The notes: generated from the sequence alone by a model not told the origin. A stretch of DNA of 64,000 nt from an uncultured Candidatus Saccharibacteria bacterium (GCA_964416765.1 CAYQEU010000001.1:475168-539167); one strand, 5' to 3'. Numbered from the stretch's first letter, positions 1 through 9,852 are shown. Translations and numbers: made by a program.

Positions 1-1
1 A

Positions 2-142
2 AACGAATTCACCATTACCGACGATACGTTTTTGGCGCGGGTGCTGCAGCACGAAATTGACCACTTGAACAACATCCTGATCGCCGACAAATTTACCAAA
101 GTAACCCAGGGAGCGGATCTTCTGCCTCAATATCAGCCATGA
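2..142 (+). CDS. def: Peptide deformylase, C-terminal fragment (5' end outside window)
   Basis: Frame-2 translation ...ARVLQHEIDHLNNILIADKF...; QHEIDHLNG-type motif 3 of peptide deformylase; stop TGA overlaps next ATG (ATGA). Confidence 0.8.
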   Translation, partial: NEFTITDDTFLARVLQHEIDHLNNILIADKFTKVTQGADLLPQYQP

Positions 143-675
143 AATTCATAAAAGACATACTAGTCATAGACGTTGAGACCACCGGCCAGGACGTGGATAA
201 AGACAGCATTATACATTTGGCCGGAGTTGTATTAGACAAAGATAACCTGCTAGAGAAGAACTTTTTTTCTTCCTACGTACGCGTTAGCTTGCTTGATGGA
301 ACCATTAACCAGCACGCCCAGCTCCTTGGCATCCCGTTCGACCTCCTGCGCAAGAGTCCGAAAGTCTACGATACTATTAAAGCGTTTCGTGGTAACCTCG
401 GCCGCGACTATTTACTGGCGGTGCACAACATCGACAAAATTTTGTTCCTGCGCAACGCATTCCGGAAAACTTTACTGCCCTGGGACTACGACCCGCATAT
501 TTTGGAATTATGGACGCTCGGCTATATTTACACCTTGAATTACGGCATCAAGAAAATGCCAACTTTCCACACATTCCTCGACCATTTTAATTTGAAGCTT
601 AAAAACCGCGCGGACGCTTTGGAGCGCGCGCGGCTGTCGGCGGAAATTTTCCGCCGCATCATTAAAGAAATCTAA
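139..675 (+). CDS. DnaQ-like DEDD exonuclease-fold protein; Exo III motif degenerate (H and D replaced), possibly catalytically inactive paralog
   Basis: Exo I VIDVETTG and Exo II VHNIDKILFL present; Exo III region reads KNRADALERA instead of H-x4-D; translationally coupled to def and next gene. Confidence 0.6.
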   Translation: MKFIKDILVIDVETTGQDVDKDSIIHLAGVVLDKDNLLEKNFFSSYVRVSLLDGTINQHAQLLGIPFDLLRKSPKVYDTIKAFRGNLGRDYLLAVHNIDKILFLRNAFRKTLLPWDYDPHILELWTLGYIYTLNYGIKKMPTFHTFLDHFNLKLKNRADALERARLSAEIFRRIIKEI

Positions 676-676
676 C

Positions 677-1243
677 ATGTTCAAAAGGGACTTACTTTTG
701 TTTGACATTGAAGCAACGGGCATCAATATCGCCAAGCACGAAATGATTCAGCTGGCAGCTATTTTGCTGGACAAAAATACCTTGAAAGAAAAAGGCACTT
801 TCACCACATATATCAAGCCCAAAAAGTGGTCACAGCGAAGCCGCGAAGCCATGGCGGTAAATAAGATTACCTGGGACCAGCTCAAGGACGCGCCGACCAT
901 GCGGGTGGCGTTAAAGAAGTTTATCAAACAATTTTCCACTAACGTTACTCTCGCCCACTATGGGGGCATGATTGACATCCCGTTTTTGGCCACGGCTTTC
1001 GCGACCGAGAAAATGAAGTACCCTTACGACTACCACGTATTCGACCTGTGGCCGGTGTTTTATGTGTATATGGCCAATAAAAAGAAATTAAATGACCCAG
1101 CTAAAGTCCCCGGGTTTAGTCTCGACGGCATCGCCAGGCACTTCAAGGTTAAAGTGCCTGGCAGCCGCCACGACGCGCTGACAGATTGCCGCGTGGAAGC
1201 GGAAGTCCTACGTCACGTTCTGAAAGAAATTAAGACCCGCTAA
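677..1243 (+). CDS. DEDDh 3'-5' exonuclease (DnaQ/epsilon-like), all three Exo motifs intact
   Basis: Exo I FDIEATG, Exo II AHYGGMIDIPFL, Exo III SRHDALTDCRVEA; stop overlaps fmt start (TAATG). Confidence 0.7.
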   Translation: MFKRDLLLFDIEATGINIAKHEMIQLAAILLDKNTLKEKGTFTTYIKPKKWSQRSREAMAVNKITWDQLKDAPTMRVALKKFIKQFSTNVTLAHYGGMIDIPFLATAFATEKMKYPYDYHVFDLWPVFYVYMANKKKLNDPAKVPGFSLDGIARHFKVKVPGSRHDALTDCRVEAEVLRHVLKEIKTR

Positions 1244-2199
1244 TGAAGATTGTTTTTTTTGGCACTTCTGAAAATTCAGTTATTCTTCTAGAAACCGTCG
1301 CGCCACATTTCCAGGTTGTGGGGATTGTGACGATGCCTGATGCGCCGATAGGACGCAAACAAACACTTACCCCCAGCCTGGTGGCACAGTTTGCAGCTAA
1401 TTCGGAGGTGTTAAAGGATGTACCCGTGTTCAAGCCCCTCAACCCCAAGGAAGATGAGTTCTTGAATGACCTGAAAGCTTTGGAAGCTGACATGTTTTTG
1501 GTGCTGTCTTACGGAAAAATTCTGCCCCAAGAAGTGATTGATATTCCCCCGCTTAAAACAGTTAACGTTCACCCTTCCCTGCTTCCGCTCTACCGCGGCG
1601 CCACCCCGATCCAGAGTACACTCCTTAACGGCGAAACTGTGACCGGCAATAGCATAATTGTGATGGATCCTGAGATGGACCATGGTCCCCTTCTCGCCCA
1701 GCATGAAGTGGGAATTGACCCACACGAAACCTATCCGGAATTAGAAGCCAAGCTCGCCCGTGACTCCGCGCAAATGATTTTGGATGTCATTCCGCAATAT
1801 GCCGAGCAGCGCCTGGAACCCCGCGAACAGGAACATGAAAAAGCTACCTTCACAAAATATATCAGCAAAGCCGATGGCAAGGTTAATTGGGAAGAACCAG
1901 CAGAAAAAATCTATAACCGCTATCGCGCGTTCTACCGCTGGCCCGGAATCTGGACCACCTGGAATGGTGAAACGCTAAAAATTATTGAATGCCGCCCGGA
2001 CAAGGAGGGAACCGCGCTTACGGGCGGTGCGGTAAGCGCTCTACCCGCCGGAACCGTAACCGAAAACGGCGCTGTTGTATGCGGCAATGGGACTACCCTG
2101 GAACTGCTCAAAGTCCAGCGCGCCGGCAAAAACACAGTCACCATTCAGGAATTCCTCAATGGCAACAAAAATTTTATTGGGAGTCGATTAGGAAATTAG
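1243..2199 (+). CDS. fmt: Methionyl-tRNA formyltransferase
   Basis: N-terminal formyltransferase domain, HPSLLPLYRGATPIQ motif, C-terminal Fmt domain; genomic context after def. Confidence 0.9.
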   Translation: MKIVFFGTSENSVILLETVAPHFQVVGIVTMPDAPIGRKQTLTPSLVAQFAANSEVLKDVPVFKPLNPKEDEFLNDLKALEADMFLVLSYGKILPQEVIDIPPLKTVNVHPSLLPLYRGATPIQSTLLNGETVTGNSIIVMDPEMDHGPLLAQHEVGIDPHETYPELEAKLARDSAQMILDVIPQYAEQRLEPREQEHEKATFTKYISKADGKVNWEEPAEKIYNRYRAFYRWPGIWTTWNGETLKIIECRPDKEGTALTGGAVSALPAGTVTENGAVVCGNGTTLELLKVQRAGKNTVTIQEFLNGNKNFIGSRLGN

Positions 2200-2214
2200 A
2201 TTTGGAAGATAGCA

Positions 2215-2246
2215 AAAACTGCCTTATTTAAGGCAGTTTTATTTTA
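2215..2246. terminator. Bidirectional rho-independent terminator between convergent fmt and mltG
   Basis: Stem aaaactgcctta / taaggcagtttt with 2-nt loop, flanked by A-run and T-run. Confidence 0.6.
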
Positions 2247-3108
2247 AGTATAACGCTTTGTTCTTGAGGTGTTCGGCATACGTCTTGCTAAACACGACTT
2301 CTCCGGACGGCTGTTTATGGAGGAAATAGTAATAGTCTGATTTTTCCGGGTAAAACGCCGCTTCAATGCTGGCTAATGAGGGGTTGCAAATCGGTCCTGG
2401 CGGAAGTCCCGGATACCTATAAGTGTTATACGGTGAGTTAATTTGCAAATCCGCGTTGGTCGGGGTGGGATTATCCTTGCCGCTGACGTAATTCACAGTG
2501 GCATCACTTTCCAAGGGCTGGCCCGAGGTTAGGCGGTTGTAAAACACTCCGGCAATTAGCTTGCGCTCGTTCTCTGTTGAGTTGCCGCTTTCCTTTTCCA
2601 AAATAGACGCGAGGGTCATAATCTGGTGGAATGTCATCCCCTTTTTGCCGCCTAGGGTTAGTGTTTCGTAACCAGGGATTGTATAACTGTCGGCCGGCTT
2701 AATTCCGAGCGTGTCCACCCGGGCGGTGAAGTTATCCAGCAGTTTTTTTATGACCGTGTCGGTGGTGGCGCTTTTGGCAAACCGGTAAGTGTCGGGAAAT
2801 AAGTATCCTTCCAAGCCCTGCTTGGCGGGGATTTTGATGTACGGGTTGTCAGTAGGGATATTGGTTTTCGCGGCGGAGACAAAACTGGCAGCAGGGCCCA
2901 AACCGGCTTTTTCCAAAGCACCAGCCATTTCATTTATGTTCCAACCCTCAATTAAGGTGACCTGAGTTTCCTCAGCTTTTTTTTGCAGTTGGGCGATTCT
3001 TTCATTACGCGCGCGTTCGTAATACCGTAAACCTAAAACGCCGGCTACTCCGGCGGCGAGGATGAGCAAAACGAAACCGATGATAAACCCGCGCAGTATC
3101 CAGTTCAT
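2239..3108 (-). CDS. mltG: Endolytic murein transglycosylase MltG (YceG-like)
   Basis: N-terminal TM anchor; GYLFPDTYRF, AGVFYNRL, YNTYRYPGLPPGPICNP motifs typical of YceG/MltG. Confidence 0.85.
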   Translation of the reverse strand: MNWILRGFIIGFVLLILAAGVAGVLGLRYYERARNERIAQLQKKAEETQVTLIEGWNINEMAGALEKAGLGPAASFVSAAKTNIPTDNPYIKIPAKQGLEGYLFPDTYRFAKSATTDTVIKKLLDNFTARVDTLGIKPADSYTIPGYETLTLGGKKGMTFHQIMTLASILEKESGNSTENERKLIAGVFYNRLTSGQPLESDATVNYVSGKDNPTPTNADLQINSPYNTYRYPGLPPGPICNPSLASIEAAFYPEKSDYYYFLHKQPSGEVVFSKTYAEHLKNKALYLK

Positions 3109-3548
3109 TACTCACCCATTACTTTGATATGCATCTTGCGGGGGCGGCCGCCATCAAATTCAACGAAGAAAATACTTTGGCGCTCACCCAGCAGGGGTTG
3201 GCCGCTTTCGATGACGAAGGTTTCTGATGAGCCAAACAGGAATGACTTAACGTGCGCCTGGCCGTTGGACCTCTCGTTAACCGATACGTTTTCGCGGACT
3301 TCAAAAAGGTCGTGGCTGTAGCTGATGTCGAGCGGCACCAAGCGGTAGACCGCTTTCATGATGTCCTGGGCCAAAAGCGGCTCGTCGTGAGTACAGCGGA
3401 CACTGGCGGTGGTGTGCGGAGTAAAGACAGTGGCAGTGCCTGTTTGGACACCGGATTCGGTGATGGCCTGTTTAACCTGGTCGGTTACGTTGAGCAGCTG
3501 GAACTGCTTATTGGTCTTTAATTCGAGCGTTTTTAGAAGCTGTTTCAT
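3108..3548 (-). CDS. YjbQ/UPF0047 family protein (secondary thiamine-phosphate synthase-like)
   Basis: TTASV...NGQAHVKS...EFDGGR pattern characteristic of YjbQ family; 146 aa. Confidence 0.7.
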   Translation of the reverse strand: MKQLLKTLELKTNKQFQLLNVTDQVKQAITESGVQTGTATVFTPHTTASVRCTHDEPLLAQDIMKAVYRLVPLDISYSHDLFEVRENVSVNERSNGQAHVKSFLFGSSETFVIESGQPLLGERQSIFFVEFDGGRPRKMHIKVMGE

Positions 3549-3577
3549 TTGGTTTCAAGAGGAAAATTGATGGGTTA

Positions 3578-3586
3578 ATTATACCA
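3578..3586 (-). promoter_or_regulatory. Extended -10 promoter element TGGTATAAT (minus strand) upstream of yjbQ-like gene
   Basis: Forward attatacca = reverse complement TGGTATAAT, ~29 nt upstream of start codon. Confidence 0.4.
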
Positions 3587-3714
3587 CATATGTCCAATTA
3601 TTTGATTATTGGGTGAAGAATGTCTATTTCGGCTGACAAAGAAGCATCAATAATTATGTTGATTTTTGCTTATTTTGTTGTTACACTACAACAGCATAAT
3701 GATTCTAGGCCGCT

Positions 3715-4494
3715 ATGGACAAGGCAATTATCCAAAAACTGTTAGATTTTGGGCTCTCTGAGAAAGAGGCCAGAATTTATATTTCCCTTCTAGAGCTCGA
3801 AGTGGCAACGGCTTTTGAAGCGGCCAAGCATGCCGGCATCAACCGAAGTTCCGCTTACGTTGTACTGGAGAGCCTGAAAAAGAAAGGGTTGGTTGCGGTG
3901 TCAGAAGACAAGAAAGTGAGCCGATACGTTGCCTCCGCTCCAGACATATTACTTCAATCCGCCAGCCTAGAAGCCAAGCGCCACCAGGAAATCAAAGCAG
4001 GCATCGAGTCCGTTATACCCGAACTTAAGGCACTCCACAAGGATACAAAGATGAAGCCGGTGGTAAAAGTGTTTGAGGGAAAAAATGGGCTAATTTCGTT
4101 GTTTGAAGATTCCTTGTACGCTAAAGAAAGAGAAATAAGAATTGTTTCTTCATTAGAAAAGATTTTTTCTTTATTGCCTGAATACGTACCAAGCTACATA
4201 CAAAGACGCTGGAAAAAACGGATAAAAATGTTTGGCATTCATCCCAGCAAACCGACTCTTATACAATATGAAAAGATGGAGAAAGAAAGTGAGGATGAAG
4301 CGATCTTTATCCCCGAAGAAAATTATAAAATGCCAGCAGACTTTGCGATTTACGATAACAAAATTGCTTACATGACCGGCGACAACGGGGGCTTCGGTGT
4401 AATTATTGAGAGCACTGATATGGCAAATGCCATGAAAAGTATTTTCGACCTAGCTCACAAAGAAGCAAAGAGAATAGCAGCAAAGAACAAATAA
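3715..4494 (+). CDS. TrmB-family transcriptional regulator
   Basis: N-terminal HTH resembling TrmB (LDFGLSEKEARIYISLLELE...INRSSAYVVLESLKKKGLV); convergent with histidine kinase, zero spacer. Confidence 0.6.
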   Translation: MDKAIIQKLLDFGLSEKEARIYISLLELEVATAFEAAKHAGINRSSAYVVLESLKKKGLVAVSEDKKVSRYVASAPDILLQSASLEAKRHQEIKAGIESVIPELKALHKDTKMKPVVKVFEGKNGLISLFEDSLYAKEREIRIVSSLEKIFSLLPEYVPSYIQRRWKKRIKMFGIHPSKPTLIQYEKMEKESEDEAIFIPEENYKMPADFAIYDNKIAYMTGDNGGFGVIIESTDMANAMKSIFDLAHKEAKRIAAKNK

Positions 4495-6156
4495 TTACTT
4501 ATGTTCGGCTTCCGCTAAATCCACTACAGCTGTTTCCTCCAAGTCGCTGTTAAGGGGCAACGAGAAAATAAAGGAAGATCCCTTACCTTCTCCTTCACTT
4601 TCCACCCATATCTTTCCGTGATTTTGTTCGATAATTACTTTAGCTACGTATAGCCCAAGCCCTAAACCGGTAGCGGCAGTGGCTGCGTCTTTTCCTCGTG
4701 TATATTTGGAAAACAGAGTCGGTGCAATTTTAGGGTCCACTCCCCTACCTGTGTCTTTAACTTTCATGATTAAATCTGTAGGAGTTTTCTCTATACTCAT
4801 GGTTACTGAGCCTTGTTTGGTGTACTTTATTGCATTGTCGACCATGTTATTTATCACTTGTCTGACTTTTTCCTTGTCCATCATTACTGCGGGCAATGGT
4901 TCCGTAGGGACATTGTATACAAGTTCTATTTTCCTCATTTTAGCCTGAGGAAGTAACTGATCATAGGTTATTCTAGCTAATTCGGCCAGATCGGCTTTTT
5001 CAAAGAAGAATTCCATCTTACCCCTTTCGATGCGTGAGGCATTCAACAGGTCATCAATCAAGGAAATCTGGGAGTTATTTGTAGACTGCACCCTTTCAAG
5101 AGCAGACTTTACCTCTTCATTAAGATCCCCAAAATCCCCGGATAGCACGGCTCCAATGTACCACTTAATTGTAGCGGGGGGCGTGCGTAACTGGTGACTA
5201 GCAATAGAGATAAACTCTGCGCGTGCTTTATCCAGCGCTTCTAGCTTGACATTAGCTTCTTTCAACTGCTCCGTTAGAATTTGGAGTTGCTCTCTCTGTT
5301 TTACTTCATTAATTACGCTCCGTATAAGGAGTATTCCTACACCCAGTACGAGAACAAAAACACTTGATCTAAATATTACTATAGTTAGAGTATTAGAAAC
5401 AATCACTTCAATAAAGGTAGCTATCCCAAGAACAAAGACCAATATCTCCGTGGAAAGTATTTTTACATTTAGGAGTTTGCGACGAATTATGGCATAGCTC
5501 GCAGAAACTATGAATGGAAAGATAAACACCCCTCCCATTGGAACAAAACGTGGATTATTAAGAAAGGCAGGAAAAATAAAATTAAACACGACTAAAAGCC
5601 CAAACATTATCAACATTCCTACTAAGAAAGGCTTTAACTGTTTCTTAACTAAGTCATCGGAACGTATTATGCGTACTACTAGTCTGAACAACGAATAAGC
5701 TATTACGCTGAGAACAAATAAACCAAAAATTGCAATACCCGGGCCGTTTTGAACTCTGGATACTCTACCTTGTGTAAATTCAAGAACCCTGACAAAGACG
5801 TATGGCGTAAGAGTGAATAACGAAATAGCTCCGGTAGCAACAACCAACCATCTATCTTTAGCTCTTCTTGACCTTTCTTCGTTCGGTACCACGTACAAAA
5901 GGTAAAACAATGACGTTACCAACCAACAAGCTAAAAAGATTTCAAACCTTAGTAACCAAATGACTAACGACTGAGATTGGAATTGGTAACTTAGATAATT
6001 AACGACCGTCCAACTTATTGCTACTAAACAAAAATAGAAGAAATAACGGTTAGTTATACTTTTTGGGTTATTATAAAAGACCGCGTAACCTAGTATAAGG
6101 GTAGCTGCTACGCTGATACCAACCGACAACAGATCCAAATTGGTTAGAAAACCCAT
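4495..6156 (-). CDS. Sensor histidine kinase with ~6-TM N-terminal sensor region
   Basis: H-box FISIASHQLRTP, N-box DNAIKYT, G1 DTGRGVD, G2 GLGLGLYVAKVIIEQNHGKIWVESEGEGKGSSF; hydrophobic N-terminal half. Confidence 0.85.
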   Translation of the reverse strand: MGFLTNLDLLSVGISVAATLILGYAVFYNNPKSITNRYFFYFCLVAISWTVVNYLSYQFQSQSLVIWLLRFEIFLACWLVTSLFYLLYVVPNEERSRRAKDRWLVVATGAISLFTLTPYVFVRVLEFTQGRVSRVQNGPGIAIFGLFVLSVIAYSLFRLVVRIIRSDDLVKKQLKPFLVGMLIMFGLLVVFNFIFPAFLNNPRFVPMGGVFIFPFIVSASYAIIRRKLLNVKILSTEILVFVLGIATFIEVIVSNTLTIVIFRSSVFVLVLGVGILLIRSVINEVKQREQLQILTEQLKEANVKLEALDKARAEFISIASHQLRTPPATIKWYIGAVLSGDFGDLNEEVKSALERVQSTNNSQISLIDDLLNASRIERGKMEFFFEKADLAELARITYDQLLPQAKMRKIELVYNVPTEPLPAVMMDKEKVRQVINNMVDNAIKYTKQGSVTMSIEKTPTDLIMKVKDTGRGVDPKIAPTLFSKYTRGKDAATAATGLGLGLYVAKVIIEQNHGKIWVESEGEGKGSSFIFSLPLNSDLEETAVVDLAEAEHK

Positions 6157-6164
6157 TTGTTATA

Positions 6165-7229
6165 TTATGAGTATTTTATTTCTGGCTTCAATCGGGATGA
6201 CATCCCGCTTGGTGGGGTACTATATCCAATTCTAAATAACATAGCTACGCATTGTTGATCGTCCAACTTAGCTACATCTTGAATGATGCCATACGCATCA
6301 CTTATTATTTTAGCATGTTCTTCCGAAAGTGTTTGGTACTCCCCTGCCTTAATGCGCTGCGCTAAATAAACGATTCCTGTTACAGGATGCATACTTATTC
6401 CTAATTGCTCAGCATTAAGCCATATTCTTTGACTAATTTTGCCTGCTTGGAAAAACATCTTGTCATCATTTGGGACTACGACAAGACCGATGGCTGATCC
6501 ATTTGAATAAAGTTTAGAGTTATCCTTTGCTATAAAACGGGAAAGTTTTAAGGTTTGATTTAAAATGCGAGCTAGGGGCCAAACTTGTAGAATTTTAAAG
6601 AATATTAATTTTTGTAAGGGCAACTCCATCGTTTTCAAGTATAGACCTGTTTTTAGACTTCTCTCGGACGATGTAGTCCATCTGATATCCGCGTAAAATA
6701 GATCATGCAACTGTCTATTTTCCAACATAACTACTTCATTTTTTGACACCGCTTCACCAAGTAGTTGTTTTTGCTTTGGATCCTCAATTAAAATGAATTT
6801 TACATCTGGAGAGCCATTCCCTTCATGTAACAAGGAGTTTTTGTGTTCATCCTTGAGAGGAATATCTGCATAGAATTTCCTATTAGTCTGTCTAGACCTT
6901 ATAGAATTGACTAAGGGATTGGTGGTTGGGGCTGCAGGCATTAACTCAACTCGAAAGGTGTGAGAAGAATCCTCAGAATCGGGCCAAACATTTACATTGA
7001 CGGAATAGCCTAAGGTTTCTGCAACCAAGGAAATATTAGTTAAAAGAGCTCCGTGTGCTACTAATGTACCCCGTTGTCTATAATTAAATAGTACGTTATC
7101 CTTTTCCGGTAAGCTGTATACATCTATCACATTTTCGCGAACAACAAAATGCCACGGTTGAGAATTGTCCCCTGACGGTGCAAAGACGGCTTCCTCCAAA
7201 ATTTCCGTAATTTTCTTGGCGATTTCCAT
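6165..7229 (-). CDS. Nitroreductase-family oxidoreductase, apparently two nitroreductase-like domains (SagB/McbC-like architecture)
   Basis: N-terminal APSGDNSQPWHFVV nitroreductase signature; 354 aa, twice the usual domain length; 9-nt gap to HK gene. Confidence 0.55.
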   Translation of the reverse strand: MEIAKKITEILEEAVFAPSGDNSQPWHFVVRENVIDVYSLPEKDNVLFNYRQRGTLVAHGALLTNISLVAETLGYSVNVNVWPDSEDSSHTFRVELMPAAPTTNPLVNSIRSRQTNRKFYADIPLKDEHKNSLLHEGNGSPDVKFILIEDPKQKQLLGEAVSKNEVVMLENRQLHDLFYADIRWTTSSERSLKTGLYLKTMELPLQKLIFFKILQVWPLARILNQTLKLSRFIAKDNSKLYSNGSAIGLVVVPNDDKMFFQAGKISQRIWLNAEQLGISMHPVTGIVYLAQRIKAGEYQTLSEEHAKIISDAYGIIQDVAKLDDQQCVAMLFRIGYSTPPSGMSSRLKPEIKYS

Positions 7230-7236
7230 AACTTAC

Positions 7237-8352
7237 TTAAAGTAAATTCATCTTACCTAAAATATCATTCCTTTCTTGGTCCCGGTCTGACTTCGTGTTA
7301 GGTTCAAAGATATCCTCAAGACTCACATTATACTTACCTCCCTTAATGTTCTTCCCCTCAGCGAAGGCACGAAGCAGATAGGCTGTAACTACTCCGCTAA
7401 ATGAAGCGGCACTTCCTAGCTGAGGCCAGGAATACAGTGTCTTCCCCACTTCCATAAGTGAAGACAGCATTCTAGGAACTATATATTCGGGTCCTGCAAC
7501 TTTAGTTGCCAGCCGGGGTAGTTCTGTAGGCGGAAAGTTCATGAATTGTTCCATTCCAAAATCACCCAACGCACCGTTAAATAGCTGTAATTCTCGATCT
7601 AAATCATATCTCTCCACGTCCACAATTACACTATCTCCGTTATCAGTTGCCATAATTACAGGGGTTCCTGTCTCTCTTGCAACTTCTCTCAACCGAATTT
7701 TCATGGGTAAGTTATCAACACCCTCAACCAATATATTCAAGCCACTCAGGAAATCAACAATATTATTTTCATCTATACCTTCTTCGTAGAGATCAATTTC
7801 TGCATAAGGATTAATTTCTGCGATGATTCTGGCAGCCACCAGGGCTTTGTTCGTGCCTAGAACTGAGGCTCCGTATCTTAACCTATTCAAATTAGAAACA
7901 GATACTTCATCAGGATCGGCTAACTTAACCTGCTTTGCTCCTCCCATTATAGCAGTGGTTAGCGCGCCATGACTTCCTACGCTTAAACCTGCGAAACCCA
8001 CTCGGTAGTTGTAGTATTTCTCTTGTTCAGAGGAAGTAATTAGATTTTTATTTCTCGCCGTTCGCAATTCTAAATATTCCTTCTCAGGCAAATAGTGTAT
8101 CAAGCAATTAGACCATTCAAAATAAAACCACTCCCCGCACTCTTCGTAAGACTTCCCTTTCGTCTCAACCTTTAGAAACTCGTTTAGCTCAGTTTCGTAG
8201 TCGGTTAAAAAACGAAATTTTGGATTCCTTATAAAAAATAATTCTTTTAGTTGTTCCTCATAGCCATCGACTAACTTGACGTTTCGCTCTTCAATAAACT
8301 CATTCAATCCGCCGTCTGTGAAACTCTTTTTTTCTGCTGAAAATTTTATCAT
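7237..8352 (-). CDS. ThiF/MoeB/E1-like adenylyltransferase-family protein with ~115-aa N-terminal extension
   Basis: Rossmann GxGxxG YRVGFAGLSVGSHGALTTAIMGGAKQVKLADPDEVSVSNLNRL typical of E1-like ThiF family; 8-nt gap to nitroreductase. Confidence 0.7.
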   Translation of the reverse strand: MIKFSAEKKSFTDGGLNEFIEERNVKLVDGYEEQLKELFFIRNPKFRFLTDYETELNEFLKVETKGKSYEECGEWFYFEWSNCLIHYLPEKEYLELRTARNKNLITSSEQEKYYNYRVGFAGLSVGSHGALTTAIMGGAKQVKLADPDEVSVSNLNRLRYGASVLGTNKALVAARIIAEINPYAEIDLYEEGIDENNIVDFLSGLNILVEGVDNLPMKIRLREVARETGTPVIMATDNGDSVIVDVERYDLDRELQLFNGALGDFGMEQFMNFPPTELPRLATKVAGPEYIVPRMLSSLMEVGKTLYSWPQLGSAASFSGVVTAYLLRAFAEGKNIKGGKYNVSLEDIFEPNTKSDRDQERNDILGKMNLL

Positions 8353-8355
8353 AGT

Positions 8356-9852
8356 TTATGCCTTATTTAACCATTGTTGTTTAATACCACTCTTAAAATG
8401 AGTGTCGTGGTTGTAAGTCCAAAAAACAATATAAGGAGCAGTTCTTTTAATACCAAGCATTTTTGTTAGTTCTTTGAATTCGGAATTATGCTGAAGCAAT
8501 GTCGATATAACACTTTTTTGCGTGATTGCTCGGAGTTTTTTACTCACCGTAACTCTTGGCTTCATCTCAACATTAACTTCTAAAAATTGATTGCTCTTTT
8601 TGTCATAGACCGTTCTCATAGAAAATTTACCCGTTAGGTAAGGATGAAGGGTTCTACTCTCGAGAGCAATTTTAATAGTCTGCGGATAGACTTGTAAACC
8701 ATATAATGTCGTTGAAAAATCGCTTCGTTCATACACGTAGACGAAAGGTAGCGCATTCAAGCTGACTTTAGCTCCTTTTGCTTCTGATATGAGGTCGATC
8801 CCGTTCCTGCTAAATGCCGCAATTATTTCAGACAATCTATATGTACCTCCGCGGTCTCCAATATCGTAACGCAAAAAAGGTGTAGCACTATCGGCAGATA
8901 TAAGTACCTTACCTTCTTCCTCGTCGAATGCTATGAAGCTCGGGTTGTATTGGGCTAAGGTTGGAATTTTGTTATCCCTAAACAACTCTTGATAAACTTC
9001 TGCATGCTGAAGTGCTAGTCTTCTAATGAATATGCTCGCTGGGGTTTCAAATGCCATGGCTCCTAGCTCAGCACTTCCATATAGATTAAGAGTATCATTA
9101 TAGATATTTTTAATCTTTCCTCTTTTTACCACATAATCTCTGAAGTTTTCGGTAAAACTTTCTGCCGCAAACAGAAGCCTGAGGTTGAATTTAGAAAAAT
9201 CAATTTTCTCCAGCTTTGCTTCGTCCAATAGATCCTTTATGAAAGGAGGGTATCCTGCCAATATAACGTTATCAAAATTGACAGCAAGATTCCTCAGCGC
9301 GTGAAAGATCTCTTTTTTGTTTATTCCTGGAGTGATAATTGTCACAGGATGTCCTCTCAACGCTGTTATACGAAATGCCTGATATGTAATCAAACCCCCA
9401 ATCCAAACTCCCATACCAAAACAGTCTACTAGTAAAGTAGATCCTTTAGGCCCATTTTTTAGGAAGAATTCGGCTATAAGCGAATAATGTTCGTCCACAT
9501 CCTCTGTTCTAGGAAAGTATGTAGGTGACCCCGTAGATCCAGAAGTAGCCGTCATCACTTGACCCTTTTCCCGAAGCAAATTCTTCCAAGTTGTATCCGT
9601 TAAAGGGAACTTTTTAAAATAATTAGTTTTTGAAATAGGAGGTATGGCCGAAATGTCCGAATATTTTTTTATATTTCGAATCTTGATTCTAGCTTTAGAA
9701 AGATACCTCTTATAAGCAGTAACACCCTTGGTCATACTGTGAAATAACCGAAACGTAAGGTGTCTTTGTTTAGTCCCCCAAAAATTTTCAGCGCGTGCAA
9801 GCGTAGATGAGGTAATAGCGCGTGTTTCCTGAAGAGACTTAAAACTATTCAT
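8356..9852 (-). CDS. Adenylate-forming enzyme of the phenylacetate-CoA ligase / F390-synthetase (PaaK-like) family
   Basis: AMP-binding P-loop-like TSGSTGSPTYFP; overall length and YGSAE motif consistent with PaaK/CapK family. Confidence 0.6.
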   Translation of the reverse strand: MNSFKSLQETRAITSSTLARAENFWGTKQRHLTFRLFHSMTKGVTAYKRYLSKARIKIRNIKKYSDISAIPPISKTNYFKKFPLTDTTWKNLLREKGQVMTATSGSTGSPTYFPRTEDVDEHYSLIAEFFLKNGPKGSTLLVDCFGMGVWIGGLITYQAFRITALRGHPVTIITPGINKKEIFHALRNLAVNFDNVILAGYPPFIKDLLDEAKLEKIDFSKFNLRLLFAAESFTENFRDYVVKRGKIKNIYNDTLNLYGSAELGAMAFETPASIFIRRLALQHAEVYQELFRDNKIPTLAQYNPSFIAFDEEEGKVLISADSATPFLRYDIGDRGGTYRLSEIIAAFSRNGIDLISEAKGAKVSLNALPFVYVYERSDFSTTLYGLQVYPQTIKIALESRTLHPYLTGKFSMRTVYDKKSNQFLEVNVEMKPRVTVSKKLRAITQKSVISTLLQHNSEFKELTKMLGIKRTAPYIVFWTYNHDTHFKSGIKQQWLNKA

